From assembly GCA_963693105.1 (NCBI GenBank), contig OY843752.1, forward strand, positions 1,577,222-1,641,221: a DNA stretch of 64,000 nucleotides, written 5' to 3'. Numbering within the stretch: position 1 is the stretch's first letter; each line of letters starts with the position of its first letter. The notes under the pieces were generated by a model that ran no database searches, was not told where the DNA came from, and worked only from the letters and a program-made list of their open reading frames with translations. The DNA is from an uncultured candidatus Porisulfidus sp. (GTDB lineage: Bacteria > Pseudomonadota > Gammaproteobacteria > Poriferisulfidales > Oxydemutatoraceae). This document shows, one piece after another, positions 28,661 to 41,762 of the stretch. The position numbers were made by a program, and so were the translations under genes.

Positions 28661-30036
28661 CACTGAAAATGGTCGTGGCCGGGCGAACGCGGCAAGTCCA
28701 CCGCATCCCCGTTCCAGGTGCAGCGCAATCCCGGCGCGGCGGTGATATGCCCGATGCGAGTGATGCCGCACAGTCCCGCGGATTTCAAAGACTCCTGCAA
28801 CTCGTCGAAATGACGGTCGTCCATCGTGAACAGCAACTCGTAATCTTCGCCGTAGGTCAGCGCCGACAGCCAGTCCGCGGCGGTGTCGCAGCAACGGCGA
28901 AACGTCCGCGAGACCGGGGCGCGGTCCATTTCAACTTCGCCGCCGACGCCGCCGGCGTCGAGCAGGCGCAACAAATCCCTGAAAACGCCGTCCGAGACGT
29001 CCAGCGCGGCACTCGCGTGCTGCACGATGAGCCGCCCCTCCTCGACACGCGGCGAAGGCCGCGCCGCCTTGCGGCGGCAGGCGTTGGCGGCGGCGGCGCC
29101 GCAATGGTTCAGGCGCCCGGCGCGCCGCGCCGTCAGTCCGACGTCGCCGACCGCGCCGGTCAGGTAAATGCCGTCGCCGTCGCGCGCACCGCCGCGAGTC
29201 ATGCAGTCGTCGGGGGCGACGCCGATCAACTGCACCGTGGCCGACAGCGGGCCGCGCGCGGTGTCGCCTCCGACCAGGCTGATTTTGTGCGAATCGGCAA
29301 GCGCGAAAAACCCTTTTGCAAAGTGCGACACCCAGTCTTCGTCGGCGCGCGGCAGTGTCAGCACCAGCAACGCCCAGCGAGGCACGGCGCCCATCGCCGC
29401 AAAGTCGCTCAGATTGACCGCCAGCGACTTGTGGCCGACATCGCCGGCGTCGGCGTCGGCGGCGAAATGCGTGCCGGCCACCAGCGTGTCGGCGGCCACC
29501 ACCAGCTGCTCCGCAACCGGGCCGAGCACCGCGGCATCGTCGCCGATGCCGACGACCACCCCGGCGTCGCCGGACGGGCGCGCCAGATAGGTCTGCACCA
29601 GTTGCTCCTCGCTCATGGTTTCTCCGGAACAGCGCTTTGCAAGGCGGTCGAGAACGCCGTTGACAAAGCGGTAGCCCTGCTCGGCGCCGTATTTCTTCGC
29701 CAGATGCACGGCCTCGGTAATCGCCACGGCGGCGTCAATGTCGTCACGGCACAAAATTTCGTAGCCCGCGTTGCGGACAATCGCGCGCTCAATCGGGTCC
29801 ACGTCTTCGAGCGGCATGTCCATGCATTGCTGGAGATCACCGTCCGCCGTCCGGTCGATGGCGGCACGCAGCAATTCGGTGAAATAACCGGCATCCACCT
29901 TGTCGTAGCCGTCGCCGCCGACAAACTGCGCCTCGATTTCGTCGAAATCCTGGCCGGTCATCTGCCACTGGTAAACGGCCTGTATCGCCAGCCGCCGGGC
30001 GCGGCTGCGGGCATGGAACAACAAATGATCGCCCAT
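28660..30036 (-). CDS. nusB-thiL: NusB (transcription antitermination factor) and ThiL (thiamine-monophosphate kinase) encoded as one continuous ORF with no stop codon between them
   Basis: N-terminal about 150 aa is NusB (MGDHLLFHARSRARRLAIQAVYQWQMTG...FVNGVLDRLAKR). It runs in frame into ThiL (MSEEQLVQTYLARPSGDAGVVVGIGDDAAVL...). Start is internal Met108 of the 565-aa track ORF. Confidence 0.75.
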   Translation of the reverse strand: MGDHLLFHARSRARRLAIQAVYQWQMTGQDFDEIEAQFVGGDGYDKVDAGYFTELLRAAIDRTADGDLQQCMDMPLEDVDPIERAIVRNAGYEILCRDDIDAAVAITEAVHLAKKYGAEQGYRFVNGVLDRLAKRCSGETMSEEQLVQTYLARPSGDAGVVVGIGDDAAVLGPVAEQLVVAADTLVAGTHFAADADAGDVGHKSLAVNLSDFAAMGAVPRWALLVLTLPRADEDWVSHFAKGFFALADSHKISLVGGDTARGPLSATVQLIGVAPDDCMTRGGARDGDGIYLTGAVGDVGLTARRAGRLNHCGAAAANACRRKAARPSPRVEEGRLIVQHASAALDVSDGVFRDLLRLLDAGGVGGEVEMDRAPVSRTFRRCCDTAADWLSALTYGEDYELLFTMDDRHFDELQESLKSAGLCGITRIGHITAAPGLRCTWNGDAVDLPRSPGHDHFQ

Positions 30037-30049
30037 CAATCCGTTCCCG

Positions 30050-30520
30050 TCAGCCCAGTTGCCGGAGAAGACCGGCCATTTCCAGCGTCGCCAGCGCCGC
30101 CTCGGCGCCGCGGTTTTTTTCGGCGCCGGCGCGTGCCCTCGCCTGTTCCGCGTTGTCCGCCGCGAGCACGCCGAACCCAATCGGCACGCCGGTATCGAGG
30201 ATGACGCGGGCGACACCGCGGCTGCATTCGCGCACGACGTGCTCAAAATGCGGAGTCTCCCCGCGGATGACGCAGCCCACGGCGATGATCCCGGCGTAAC
30301 GGCCGGCGTCGGCGCAACGGCACGCGGCCAGCGGAATTTCAAACGCACCCGGCACATGCACGATGTCCACGCCTTGCGCGTTGTGCTCGCGCAAGGTCCG
30401 CAGCGCGCCCTCGGCCAGCGCGGCCACGATTTTCCGGTTGTAACGGGAAGCGACGATGCAAAACCTCGCGCCGCGGCCGTCGGCTTTCGCCTCGATTCGC
30501 CGGATCTCAGTCATCGGCAC
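30050..30520 (-). CDS. ribH: 6,7-dimethyl-8-ribityllumazine synthase RibH
   Basis: 156 aa aligning with E. coli RibH ([13 protein letters not shown]..., GETPHFEHV..., [11 protein letters not shown]). Confidence 0.9.
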   Translation of the reverse strand: MPMTEIRRIEAKADGRGARFCIVASRYNRKIVAALAEGALRTLREHNAQGVDIVHVPGAFEIPLAACRCADAGRYAGIIAVGCVIRGETPHFEHVVRECSRGVARVILDTGVPIGFGVLAADNAEQARARAGAEKNRGAEAALATLEMAGLLRQLG

Positions 30521-31139
30521 GCGCCCCGTGTTCGGTGCGGTAGCGAATCAAGTCCTCCACCGTGCCGATTTTCAGGCGGTGGTGGCGCGCGAAGGCCTCG
30601 AGATCGGGGCGCCGCGCCATGGAACCGTCCTCTTTCAGAATCTCGACGATGACCGCCGCCGGTTCGGCGGCGCCGGCAAGCCGCGCCAGATCGCACCCGG
30701 CCTCGGTGTGCCCGGCGCGGGTCAGCACGCCGCCCGGTTGCGCCATCAGCGGAAAAATATGTCCGGGCCGGTTCACATCGCCGGGCGAGACGCCCGGCGC
30801 GACCGCGGTTTGGACGGTATGCGCCCTGTCGTGCGCCGATATGCCGGTGCTGACGCCGGTGCGCGCATCAATCGAGACGGTGAAGTTCGTTGCCAGACAG
30901 TCGGCGGGGCTGTCAACCATCAACGGCAGTTCAAGACGTGTGCAATGCTCGCGCGTCAGCGTCAGACAGACCAGCCCGCGGCCGTGGGTAATCATGAAAT
31001 TAATCGCCCGCGGCGTGACCCGCTCCGCCGCCATCACCAGGTCACCCTCATTTTCGCGGTCTTCACCATCCATGATAATGACCATCCGCCCGTTGCGAAT
31101 GTCCGCGACCAGCTCTTCGATGGTTGCGCTCGGCATCAC
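30507..31139 (-). CDS. ribB: 3,4-dihydroxy-2-butanone 4-phosphate synthase RibB (monofunctional)
   Basis: 210 aa with DHBP synthase motifs ([22 protein letters not shown]). There is no GTP cyclohydrolase II half. Confidence 0.88.
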   Translation of the reverse strand: MMPSATIEELVADIRNGRMVIIMDGEDRENEGDLVMAAERVTPRAINFMITHGRGLVCLTLTREHCTRLELPLMVDSPADCLATNFTVSIDARTGVSTGISAHDRAHTVQTAVAPGVSPGDVNRPGHIFPLMAQPGGVLTRAGHTEAGCDLARLAGAAEPAAVIVEILKEDGSMARRPDLEAFARHHRLKIGTVEDLIRYRTEHGARADD

Positions 31140-31154
31140 ATCCGGCGGACGGGC

Positions 31155-32450
31155 TCACGCCCGCCGAGGCGACAAAAACCGTTCAAAGGCCGCGCGTCCG
31201 GCAAACCCGGCGTCCCGCCCCAGTTCTTCTTCAATGCGAATCAACTGGTTGTATTTGGCGACGCGGTCGGTGCGGCACAGCGACCCGGTCTTGATCTGGC
31301 CGACGCCGGTCGCCACCGCGAGGTCGGCGATGGTCACGTCCTCGGTCTCACCCGAACGGTGCGACAGGACGCAGCTGTAACCGGCGTTTTGCGCGAGATC
31401 AACCGCCGCCAGCGTCTCCGTCAAGGTGCCGATCTGGTTCGGCTTGATCAACACCGAGTTGGCGACGCCCGTCTCGATGCCCTTTTTGATGATTTCCGTG
31501 TTGGTCACGAACAAATCGTCCCCCACCAGCTGAATCCTGTCGTCCAGCTTGCGGGTCATCGCGCGCCAGCCGTCCCAGTCGTCCTCCGCCATGCCGTCCT
31601 CGATTGAAATAATCGGATATTTTTCGACCCATTCCGCCAGGCACTCGATAAAGGCGGCACTGTCGTAGTGGCGCTGTTCCGATGACAGCTCGTAGAAACC
31701 GCCATTGAACAATTCCGAACTCGCGACATCGAGCGCGAGAAAAATATCCTGCCCCGGCTTGTAGCCGCTGACCTCGATGGCCTCCAGGATGATTTCGATG
31801 GCGGCCTCGTTCGACTCCAGATCGGGCGCCACGCCGCCTTCGTCGCCGACGGTCGTGCTGAATCCCCGTTTCTCCAGCACCCGGTTCAGCGAATAAAAAA
31901 TCTCGGCGCCGACCCGGATGGTCTCGCGCACATCGTCGGCGCCGAGCGGCACAATCATAAATTCCTGGATGTCCACGTTGTTGCTCGCGTGAGAGCCGCC
32001 GTTCAGGATATTGATCATCGGCACCGGCAACACCGGCACGCTGCCGGCGGCGAGGTAGCGGTACAACGGAACGCCCTCGAGGGCGGCGCCCGCCTTCGCC
32101 GCCGCCAGCGAGACCGCCAGAATCGCGTTGGCGCCGAGACGACTTTTGTTCTCGGTGCCGTCGAGTTCAATCATCACATTGTCTATGTCCCGCCACTCCT
32201 GCGCGCTCATGCCAATCAGCGTCTCGCGGATTTCGGTGTTGACATTGGTGACGGCGTTGCGAACACCACGGCCGTGAAAACGCTTCTTGTCGCCGTCGCG
32301 CAGTTCGGCGGCTTCGAGTGAACCGGTGGACGCGCCGGACGGAACCGAAGCGCGCCCGGTCACGCCGCCGACGACGACCTCGGCCTCGACCGTAGGGTTG
32401 CCGCGTGAATCAATAATTTCGCGCCCGCGAATATCGGTTATTTTCTTCAT
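31155..32450 (-). CDS. eno: Enolase
   Basis: Protein [25 protein letters not shown]..., starting at internal Met94 of the track ORF. 431 aa. Confidence 0.93.
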   Translation of the reverse strand: MKKITDIRGREIIDSRGNPTVEAEVVVGGVTGRASVPSGASTGSLEAAELRDGDKKRFHGRGVRNAVTNVNTEIRETLIGMSAQEWRDIDNVMIELDGTENKSRLGANAILAVSLAAAKAGAALEGVPLYRYLAAGSVPVLPVPMINILNGGSHASNNVDIQEFMIVPLGADDVRETIRVGAEIFYSLNRVLEKRGFSTTVGDEGGVAPDLESNEAAIEIILEAIEVSGYKPGQDIFLALDVASSELFNGGFYELSSEQRHYDSAAFIECLAEWVEKYPIISIEDGMAEDDWDGWRAMTRKLDDRIQLVGDDLFVTNTEIIKKGIETGVANSVLIKPNQIGTLTETLAAVDLAQNAGYSCVLSHRSGETEDVTIADLAVATGVGQIKTGSLCRTDRVAKYNQLIRIEEELGRDAGFAGRAAFERFLSPRRA

Positions 32451-32473
32451 GGCATTGGGGTCGCGGACAGCGC

Positions 32474-33285
32474 TCAGGCCGCCTTGACAACGGTGTCGAT
32501 CGCCTTGAGTTCTTCCAGCAAACCACGCATCTCGCCGAGAGGCCAGGCGTTGGGGCCGTCGCTCAGCGCCTGCGCGGGGTCGGGATGGGACTCCATGAAC
32601 AGGCCCGCAACGCCGACGCCGACGGCCGCGCGCGACAGCGCCGGCACGAACTCGCGCTGGCCGCCGGATTCGCCGCCACGGGCGCCCGGCAACTGCACCG
32701 AATGAGTCGCGTCGAAGACAACGGGACAATCCGTTTCACGCATGATGACCAGAGAACGCATATCAGACACCAGATTATTGTAGCCGAAACTGCACCCTCT
32801 TTCACAAACCATCAACTGCCGGTTGCCGGCGGCGCGGCCTTTTTCAACGACGTTTTTCATCTCCCACGGCGACAGAAACTGTCCTTTCTTCAAATTAACG
32901 GGCCGCCCCGCGCGCGCGACGCTCTGTATGAAATTCGTCTGGCGGCACAGGAAAGCGGGCGTTTGCAAAACGTCAACGACCTGCGCCACTTCGTCCAGCG
33001 GCGTGTTCTCGTGCACGTCGGTCAGCACCGGCACGCCGACCTCTTTGCCGACCCGCTCCAGTATGCGCAACCCCTGCTCAAAGCCGACGCCGCGGAAACT
33101 GTCGTGCGAGGAACGGTTGGCCTTGTCAAAAGACGACTTGTAGATGAACGGGATGCCGAGTTCATCGGTGACGGCTTTCAGTTGCGCCGCGGTTTCAAGC
33201 GCGAGTTTCTCGCTCTCGATGACGCAAGGCCCCGAGATCAGAAAAAACGGACGATCCGCCCCGACCTGCCAGCCGCACAATTCCA

Positions 33286-33286
<1 letters not shown>
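32474..33286 (-). CDS. kdsA: 2-dehydro-3-deoxyphosphooctonate aldolase KdsA
   Basis: 270 aa of the KDO8P synthase family, in the pyrG-kdsA-eno arrangement common in non-enteric gammaproteobacteria. Confidence 0.9.
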
Positions 33287-34947
<1,661 letters not shown>

Positions 34948-35039
34948 CTATCCAACAACATGAATGGCCATTTTAGAAGCAAACCGCTCCGCTGTTAATC
35001 ATAAAATTCACCGCACCGGCGCCCGCAAAGCCTTACCCG

Positions 35040-36338
35040 TCAATCGCAGGCTGTCAGGCCCCAAACCAGGCGCAGGCGGCCGTCCGCATGGACCAGCGGC
35101 ACCCGGTTGCGCTCCCACGGCGGCACGCCGCGCGCCTGGAAGATTTTTTTCAAATCCTGATGAAAGCAATCGTCGCCGTTGCGGCGCGCGCAACGCTCGC
35201 CGCCGCGGCGAAAACCGACATGCAGGCGCGCGGCGTCGCCGAGCGCCGGCGCCTGGCGCAACAGTTCCCGCCAGCGCAACGTCCGCTTCAACTCCGGCAG
35301 TTCCAGGTCGGCCCCGCAAGGCCAGGCTCTTTCCATCGGCGACACCGCCGGCGCACGCGCCCGTGCATAAAGCCTGTCGCGGTAAAAACCAATCTCCGAA
35401 CCCGGCCACGCGATGACGCTGCCGCTGCGCGGGCGCGATGAAATCAGCGCATCGCGCAGGTACTCCAGTTGGCGCTCGCCAGGCGTGCGCAACCCGCATG
35501 TCTGGAGCCAGCACCGCAGCACAATCTTCTGCCGTGCCGCCGACAGCGCCGAGCATGCTTTTACCAGCAGCGTCCGCCCGTCCGGCGTACTGCAGCGCGC
35601 GAGCAGGCGCGCGGCCTCGGCATCGAGCAGTTCGCACGCCTCGCTCTGGTGGCGCGCGGCACGCGCGGTCGTCGCCTCCCATTCCGGCCAGCGCGCCCTC
35701 AGCAGCGGCACGACGCGATGGCGCAGGTAGTTGCGGTCATAACGCACGTCCTCGTTGCCCGGATCCTCGACCCAGCGCAGCCGCCGCCGGACCGCGTAAT
35801 CGCGAATCGCCGCGCGCGGAAAAGACAGCATGGGCCGCGCCAGCCAGCCGCCGCCGAAAGACGCGCATTCCGGCATCGCCGACAACCCGGCGGGGCCCGC
35901 GCCGCGCATCAACTGGAGCAGCACGGTCTCGGCCTGGTCGTCGCGGTGGTGCGCGGTCAGCAGCAACGTGCCGGAACCTGCGAAGCGGCACAGCGCATCG
36001 TAGCGCGCGCGCCTCGCCGCCGCTTCGGGACTCGCGCCGCGCGCGGCCCGCGCCTGCACCTTCATCGCGGTCATTTCAACGCCCAGCTCCCGCGCCTGCC
36101 GACGGCAATGCCGCTCCCATGCATCGGCCTCATCGTGCAAGCCGTGGTTGATGTGCACCGCGAGCAACGCCACCGCGGGCGGTCTTTCAAAGCGCTGCAG
36201 CAAGTGCAGCAAGACGCTGGAATCGCAGCCGCCGCTCCAGGCCAGCACCATCCGCGACGGATTCAGGCGCGCCAGCAAACCCGACAGTTCCGCAAAAACG
36301 CCACGGGCCAGATCCCGGCCATGCGCCGGCTCAGACAC
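35040..36338 (-). CDS. tilS: tRNA(Ile)-lysidine synthetase TilS
   Basis: PP-loop motif [13 protein letters not shown]; 432 aa. Confidence 0.85.
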   Translation of the reverse strand: MSEPAHGRDLARGVFAELSGLLARLNPSRMVLAWSGGCDSSVLLHLLQRFERPPAVALLAVHINHGLHDEADAWERHCRRQARELGVEMTAMKVQARAARGASPEAAARRARYDALCRFAGSGTLLLTAHHRDDQAETVLLQLMRGAGPAGLSAMPECASFGGGWLARPMLSFPRAAIRDYAVRRRLRWVEDPGNEDVRYDRNYLRHRVVPLLRARWPEWEATTARAARHQSEACELLDAEAARLLARCSTPDGRTLLVKACSALSAARQKIVLRCWLQTCGLRTPGERQLEYLRDALISSRPRSGSVIAWPGSEIGFYRDRLYARARAPAVSPMERAWPCGADLELPELKRTLRWRELLRQAPALGDAARLHVGFRRGGERCARRNGDDCFHQDLKKIFQARGVPPWERNRVPLVHADGRLRLVWGLTACD

Positions 36339-37290
36339 GTTTGAAATGCCCGACTTCGGTCAATCTGCGGTAGCGGTTGTCCAGCATTTGCTTCACCGGC
36401 AGGCTTCCGAGTTCATCGAATTGCACTTTCAGGCTGTCGCGCAAGCGCGCCGCCACCGCCTCAAAGTCCCTGTGGGCGCCGCCGAGCGGTTCGGGAACAA
36501 TTTCGTCCACCAGCGAAAGTTCGTCCAGGCGTTGCGGCGTAATCCCGAGCGCTTTCGCCGCTTCCGACGCCTTGTCCGCGTCCTTCCACAGGATGGAGGC
36601 GCAGCCTTCCGGGGAAATCACCGAGTAAATGCTGTATTGCAACATCAACAGGCGGTCGCCGACGCCGATGGCAAGCGCGCCGCCGGAGCCGCCCTCGCCG
36701 ATGACGACGCTGACGATGGGCGTCTCCATCAGCGACATCAACTGCAGGTTGGCGGCAATCGCCTCGCTCTGGTTGCGCTCCTCGGCGCCCACCCCGGGGT
36801 AGGCGCCGGGGGTGTCAATCAACGTCAACACCGGCATCCGGAACCGCTCGGCGAGACGGAACAGGCGCGCCGCCTTGCGGTAGCCCTCCGGCCGCGGCAT
36901 GCCGAAATTGCGCCGCACTTTCTCTTCCGTGTCGCGCCCCTTCTGGTGGCCGACCACGGCAATCGGCCGTTCGCAAAAACGTCCGATGCCGGCGACAATC
37001 GCGGGGTCGTCGAGGTAGTGGCGGTCGCCGTGCAACTCCTCAAAATCAGTCAGCAGCGCGCCGATGTAGTCGAGCGTGTACGGACGCCGCGGATGCCGCG
37101 CCAGCTGGGCGGTCTGCCACGGCGTCAGACCGTCGTAGATCTGCTTCGTCAACCTCCGGCATTTCTGCTCGAGTTGCTCGATTTCCGGGTTCAGATCGAC
37201 CTCGCCGCGACTGATGAGACGGCGCAGTTCTTCAAGTTTTTGCTCGAGTTCGACTATGGGCTGCTCGAAATCGAGATGTTCGGAGTGCAT
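36331..37290 (-). CDS. accA: Acetyl-CoA carboxylase carboxyltransferase alpha subunit AccA
   Basis: 319 aa. Reads [25 protein letters not shown] at the N-terminus, with the conserved [13 protein letters not shown] region. Confidence 0.92.
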   Translation of the reverse strand: MHSEHLDFEQPIVELEQKLEELRRLISRGEVDLNPEIEQLEQKCRRLTKQIYDGLTPWQTAQLARHPRRPYTLDYIGALLTDFEELHGDRHYLDDPAIVAGIGRFCERPIAVVGHQKGRDTEEKVRRNFGMPRPEGYRKAARLFRLAERFRMPVLTLIDTPGAYPGVGAEERNQSEAIAANLQLMSLMETPIVSVVIGEGGSGGALAIGVGDRLLMLQYSIYSVISPEGCASILWKDADKASEAAKALGITPQRLDELSLVDEIVPEPLGGAHRDFEAVAARLRDSLKVQFDELGSLPVKQMLDNRYRRLTEVGHFKRV

Positions 37291-37395
37291 TGCAAAATTT
37301 ACCTGTTCAATGAACGGATTTTAACACGCCGCGCATTTCCCCCCTCCAGCCGCGCACTTTTCTATATACTGATGCGCTGAATCTTCCGTCCCGCC

Positions 37396-38526
37396 ATGAC
37401 CGAACCGCCGCACACAACGACCGCCGCCAGGCTCGGCGATCTCTACCGGTGCAGCCTGGCGGAGCACGGTTACGAACCCGACCCCGCCCAGATTGAGGTC
37501 GTCGGGCAGTTGCAGCGGTTGGCGGATGAAATCATCGCCGATTCGAATCACGCCGCCTGGCGGCGATGGCTGAAGCGCGCCGCCGGACGGCCGGCGCCGC
37601 CGCCGCGGGGGCTGTACCTGTGGGGCGGCGTCGGCGTCGGCAAAACCTTTTTGATGGATCTGTTCTTTGACGCCCTGCCCGTCAGGCGCAAGCAGCGTCT
37701 TCACTTCTACCGCTTCATGCAGGAGATACACGCTCTGCTGAAGCGCGAGCGCAACCGCCGCAACCCTCTCGAAGCGGTTGCAAACCGGCTGACGCAGCAA
37801 ACAAAGGTGCTGTGCCTGGACGAGTTCTTCGTGTCCGACATCACCGACGCGATGATTCTTCACCACCTGCTGCGCGCGCTGTTCGACAAAAAACTGGTGC
37901 TGGTGACCACTTCCAACATTCCGCCGCCGAAACTCTACCGCGACGGCCTGCAGCGCGAACGTTTCCTGCCGGCGATTTCGCTGATCGAACGGCACACCCG
38001 GGTCGTACGGCTGGATGCGCGCACCGACTACCGCCTGCGGATGCTGGAAGCGGGCGAGGTCTATCACCACCCGTGCGGGCGTGACGCCGAGAACGCGATG
38101 GCGCAAAATTTTTGCGCCATCGACGGGTGTGCCGATGGCGCAAACCCGGGCGCCGGTGAAACCATCGAGGTCAACGGGCGCGATGTGCCCGTCGTACGAC
38201 ATTCGTGCAACACCGCCTGGTTCGACTTCAAGGCCATCTGCGAAGGCCCGCGTTCGCCCGCCGACTACATCCTGATCGCGCACCTCTACCACACCGTGCT
38301 GATTTCCAACGTCCCCCTGTTCGACCAGCGCGACGACATGGCGCGGCGCTTCATCCAGCTGGTGGACGAGTTTTACGACCGAAACGTCAAGTTGATCGTG
38401 TCGGCGGCGGCGGCGCCCGCCGATCTGTACTGCGGCGGACGCCTCGGCCCCGAGTTCAACCGCACCGCAAGCCGGCTCAGCGAAATGCAGAGCCGGCGCT
38501 ACCTGTCGCAAGCGCACCGCGGATGA
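37396..38526 (+). CDS. zapE: Cell division protein ZapE (AFG1-like ATPase)
   Basis: 376 aa with a Walker A motif (GGVGVGKTFLMD) and AFG1-family features. Confidence 0.85.
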   Translation: MTEPPHTTTAARLGDLYRCSLAEHGYEPDPAQIEVVGQLQRLADEIIADSNHAAWRRWLKRAAGRPAPPPRGLYLWGGVGVGKTFLMDLFFDALPVRRKQRLHFYRFMQEIHALLKRERNRRNPLEAVANRLTQQTKVLCLDEFFVSDITDAMILHHLLRALFDKKLVLVTTSNIPPPKLYRDGLQRERFLPAISLIERHTRVVRLDARTDYRLRMLEAGEVYHHPCGRDAENAMAQNFCAIDGCADGANPGAGETIEVNGRDVPVVRHSCNTAWFDFKAICEGPRSPADYILIAHLYHTVLISNVPLFDQRDDMARRFIQLVDEFYDRNVKLIVSAAAAPADLYCGGRLGPEFNRTASRLSEMQSRRYLSQAHRG

Positions 38527-39419
38527 AACGCACGATGGACGCCGTCTTCGAATCCGCCGTCGCATCCCTGCCGCTGCTGAACCAGGGCAAGGTCAGGGAC
38601 GTCTATGAAGTGGACGCCAATCACCTGCTCATCGTCACGACCGACCGCATTTCGGCATTCGACGTCGTTTTGCCGAACGCGATTCCGGGCAAGGGGCGGG
38701 TCCTTACCGCGCTCAGCAATTTCTGGTTTGACCGCACCGCGGCGCTGATGCCGAATCACAAAAGCGGCCTCGACCCGCTGCAGATGGTGCCTGAACTGCG
38801 TGCGCGGCGTGAACTCCACGGGCGCAGCGTCATCGTCAAAAAGGCCAGGCCGCTGCCCATCGAGGCGATTGTGCGCGGCTACCTGCTGGGGTCCGGCTGG
38901 CGCGACTATCGCGAGACCGGCGCCATCTGCGGCCTCGCGCTGCCCGCCGGACTGAAGCTGGCCGAAGCATTGCCGCAGCCGGTCTTCACGCCCTCGACCA
39001 AGGCCGCCGCCGGGCGGCACGATGTCAACGTCTCCTTCGAAGATGTCGCCGCGCAAATCGGGCGGGATGTCGCCGGACGGGTGCGCGATGCGGCGCTCGC
39101 AATCTACCGCGCCGGCGCCGATTACGCCCTCGAGCGCGGCATCATCATCGCCGACACCAAGTTCGAATTCGGATTGGACGGCGACGGCGAACTGCTGTTG
39201 ATCGACGAGGCGCTGACGCCCGACTCGTCGCGTTTCTGGGACAGGCGCGGTTACCGCCCGGGCGCAAGCCCGCCCAACTTCGACAAGCAGTTCGTCAGGG
39301 ACTATCTCGAAGGACTTGACTGGGACAAAACCGCCCCGGCGCCGCCGCTGCCCGCCGAGGTCATCCGCAAAACCTCGGAGCGCTACCGCCGCGCACGCGA
39401 CCTGCTGCTGGCGACCTGA
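38523..39419 (+). CDS. purC: Phosphoribosylaminoimidazole-succinocarboxamide synthase PurC
   Basis: Protein MKRTMDAVFESAVASLPLLNQGKVRDVYEVD...; 298 aa. Its start overlaps the zapE stop as ATGA. The 106-codon upstream extension in the ORF track overlaps zapE and is rejected. Confidence 0.88.
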   Translation: MKRTMDAVFESAVASLPLLNQGKVRDVYEVDANHLLIVTTDRISAFDVVLPNAIPGKGRVLTALSNFWFDRTAALMPNHKSGLDPLQMVPELRARRELHGRSVIVKKARPLPIEAIVRGYLLGSGWRDYRETGAICGLALPAGLKLAEALPQPVFTPSTKAAAGRHDVNVSFEDVAAQIGRDVAGRVRDAALAIYRAGADYALERGIIIADTKFEFGLDGDGELLLIDEALTPDSSRFWDRRGYRPGASPPNFDKQFVRDYLEGLDWDKTAPAPPLPAEVIRKTSERYRRARDLLLAT

Positions 39420-40102
39420 TGGCGGGCGACGCGCGCGGCGTTTTCATCACCGGCACCGACACCGGCGTCGGCAAGACCGTCATCGCCTGCCGGCTGATTC
39501 GCGCGCTCGAAAGCGGCGGGCTGGATACGGCGGTGTTCAAACCGGTGGAGAGCGGCTGCCGACCGGACGCCGGCGGGCCGGTGCCGCAAGACGCCGTGCA
39601 ATTGTCGCGCGCCTCGAAACACAAACCGGCGCTCGACTCCGTCTGCCGCTACCGCTTCACGGACGCCGTATCGCCGGCGCGCGCGGCGCGACTGGCGGGC
39701 GTTGATTTGCGCATCGCCGACCTGGCCGCGACCTGCCAAAGCGAGCCACCGCACATTGCCATCGTCGAGGGCGCGGGCGGCCTGCTGTCGCCGATTGCGG
39801 GCGACGGCGTCAACGCCGATCTCGCCGCGGCGCTCGGCTTTGCGGTCATCGTCGTCGCCGCCGACCGGCTCGGCTGCATCAACCACGTGCTGCTGACGCT
39901 GGAGGCGCTGGCCGCAAGAAACCTGGACGTCATCGCTGTCGCACTCAACCGCGGCGGCGCGGCGACGCCTGATTCGGCTGCCGTGCTCGACAACGCGCGC
40001 GAACTCACGGCGCACACGCCGGCGCCGATCGTGGAAATAGACCGCGGCGACGCCGGCATCGGCCGTCTGGCGGAGATGGTGAAACGGGCGGTCGGGATTT
40101 GA
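39419..40102 (+). CDS. bioD: ATP-dependent dethiobiotin synthetase BioD
   Basis: 227 aa with a P-loop (GTDTGVGKT) and the BioD fold. Confidence 0.85.
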   Translation: MAGDARGVFITGTDTGVGKTVIACRLIRALESGGLDTAVFKPVESGCRPDAGGPVPQDAVQLSRASKHKPALDSVCRYRFTDAVSPARAARLAGVDLRIADLAATCQSEPPHIAIVEGAGGLLSPIAGDGVNADLAAALGFAVIVVAADRLGCINHVLLTLEALAARNLDVIAVALNRGGAATPDSAAVLDNARELTAHTPAPIVEIDRGDAGIGRLAEMVKRAVGI

Positions 40103-40109
40103 CGGGCCG

Positions 40110-40862
40110 TCAGCCCTGGTCGTGCGCTTCGCACAACCGCTCGGAACCGGGCGGCATGTTGTCCGGGCACTGGCCGCAGCGCTCGTTGCCCGGCACTGCG
40201 AACTGCATCTTGGCCGGATTCGGAAAATCAAAATGGTCCATCATCCGGATGAATTCATCGCGGGTAACGCCGGTATGCAACCGCGGGTTGCGCTTTTTCT
40301 CCTGGCCGACCGTCGTCAGCATGCGGTCTTCGTAATCGTGTGCGGGATACACCAGCGTGTCGTCCGGCAATGTGTAAAACTTGCCGTGGATGCTGTCGTA
40401 GAGTACGCCGGCGTCGCCTGACTGGAAATCGGTGCGCCCGCAGGCGTCAATCAGCAGCGCGTCGCCCGAGAACAGCATCTTCTGGGTGCCGTTGTCCATC
40501 AGGTAGGCGTGGTGAGCGCCGGTGTGTCCCGGCGTGTACAACGGATGCAGTTCGAGCCGGCCAACGCGGAAGGCTTCACCCTCCCGGATGCCGATGTCGC
40601 GGCACGGCAGCTCATCCATCGCCGGGCCCGCAATTTTGCAGTCGGTCAGCGCGCGGAGTTTGAAGCCGCCGCTGACGTGGTCGGCGTGAATGTGCGTCTC
40701 GACCGTGTAGGACAGTTTGAGGCCGAGTTCCTGCACGGCGAGCATGTCGCGGTCAAAGGTCTCGATGACCGGGTCTATCAACGCCGTTTCGCCGGTGTCG
40801 GGACAGCCAATCAAATAAGTGTAGGAACTCGAGGACGGCTCGAACAGTTGCCTGAAAATCAT
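40110..40862 (-). CDS. Persulfide dioxygenase (ETHE1-like metallo-beta-lactamase fold sulfur dioxygenase)
   Basis: Protein MIFRQLFEPSSSSYTYLIG...THIHADHVSGG...FAVPGNERCG aligns along its whole length with human ETHE1 (LFRQLFEPVSCTFTYLLG...THCHADHITG...FAVPANMRCG). The start is placed at Met16, which avoids a divergent overlap with bolA. Confidence 0.8.
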   Translation of the reverse strand: MIFRQLFEPSSSSYTYLIGCPDTGETALIDPVIETFDRDMLAVQELGLKLSYTVETHIHADHVSGGFKLRALTDCKIAGPAMDELPCRDIGIREGEAFRVGRLELHPLYTPGHTGAHHAYLMDNGTQKMLFSGDALLIDACGRTDFQSGDAGVLYDSIHGKFYTLPDDTLVYPAHDYEDRMLTTVGQEKKRNPRLHTGVTRDEFIRMMDHFDFPNPAKMQFAVPGNERCGQCPDNMPPGSERLCEAHDQG

Positions 40863-40888
40863 GGGATGGTCCGGTTGCTGAAGTATAA

Positions 40889-41137
40889 TTGTATCAAATG
40901 GAAACAACGCAGATTAAAAACCTGATTGAGTCGGGCATTCCCGGCGCCCGCGCCGAAGTCAGCGGCGGCGACGGCAAGTACGAAACCACCGTCGTCAGCG
41001 AGCATTTCAGGGACCTGCCGGCGGTCAAGCGCCACCAGGCCGTTTACGCGACGGTCGCCGAGTACATTTCGGGCGGCATGCTGCACGCGCTGACCATCCG
41101 CGCCTACACGCCGGACGAAGCGTCCGCAAAAACCTGA
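40889..41137 (+). CDS. BolA-family protein
   Basis: 82-aa BolA-like fold. The start may be Met4. Confidence 0.7.
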   Translation: MYQMETTQIKNLIESGIPGARAEVSGGDGKYETTVVSEHFRDLPAVKRHQAVYATVAEYISGGMLHALTIRAYTPDEASAKT

Positions 41138-41144
41138 GCGTCTT

Positions 41145-41762
41145 TCAAGGGGTAACCATGTTGCCGATGTCGGTGACACCGAGGCCCTTGTGCTTCGAGA
41201 AATAGGCCGAGAACACTTCCATATCGTGTTCGTCGAGCAGCCCGATCATGCCGAGCATGACCGCGTTTTTGCGGCGCCCGCCCTTGTAGTCGAGCAACGT
41301 CTGATGAAGATAGTCGCGGTACTGGCCGGCGATTCTCGGATTTTCCGGCAACGGGCTGTTGCCGTCCTCGCCGTGGCAGCCGGCGCACACTTGCAGTTTC
41401 TGCTGTTGCTCTTCGGACAACGCGATGGTTCCGGACTGCCGCCCCGCTGCCGTCTCCGCCGGCAGCGACGCGAAGAAAGCGGCGATGTCCGCCATGTCCC
41501 GCTCGCTCAGACGATGCGTCTGCGCCCTCATCGTCTGGTGGCTGCGCTCGCCCGACTGGTAGCCTTTCAGCGCGGCGATGATGTACGCGGCGTGCTGACC
41601 GGCAAGTTTCGGCACGTGGTAACTCGGATAGACGTTGGTGTAAGTAGGAATGCCGTGACAACCGAGACAGGCGTCCGCCTTGTGCCTGCCCGCCTCGCGG
41701 TCGGCCGCGCTCGCGCTCGCGGTCAGAAAAACAAGCATCAGCGTGAAAAATCTGTATTTCAT
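41145..41762 (-). CDS. Dihaem cytochrome c4
   Basis: Signal peptide plus two CXXCH motifs (CLGCH, CAGCH) in two c-type domains; 205 aa. Start is internal Met33 ([19 protein letters not shown]). Confidence 0.82.
   Translation of the reverse strand: MKYRFFTLMLVFLTASASAADREAGRHKADACLGCHGIPTYTNVYPSYHVPKLAGQHAAYIIAALKGYQSGERSHQTMRAQTHRLSERDMADIAAFFASLPAETAAGRQSGTIALSEEQQQKLQVCAGCHGEDGNSPLPENPRIAGQYRDYLHQTLLDYKGGRRKNAVMLGMIGLLDEHDMEVFSAYFSKHKGLGVTDIGNMVTP

Noticed and set aside
38205-38522. 106-codon upstream extension of the purC ORF
   Set aside because: It overlaps zapE in another frame and is Arg/Pro-rich. The purC homology begins at MKRTMDAV, whose ATG overlaps the zapE stop as ATGA.
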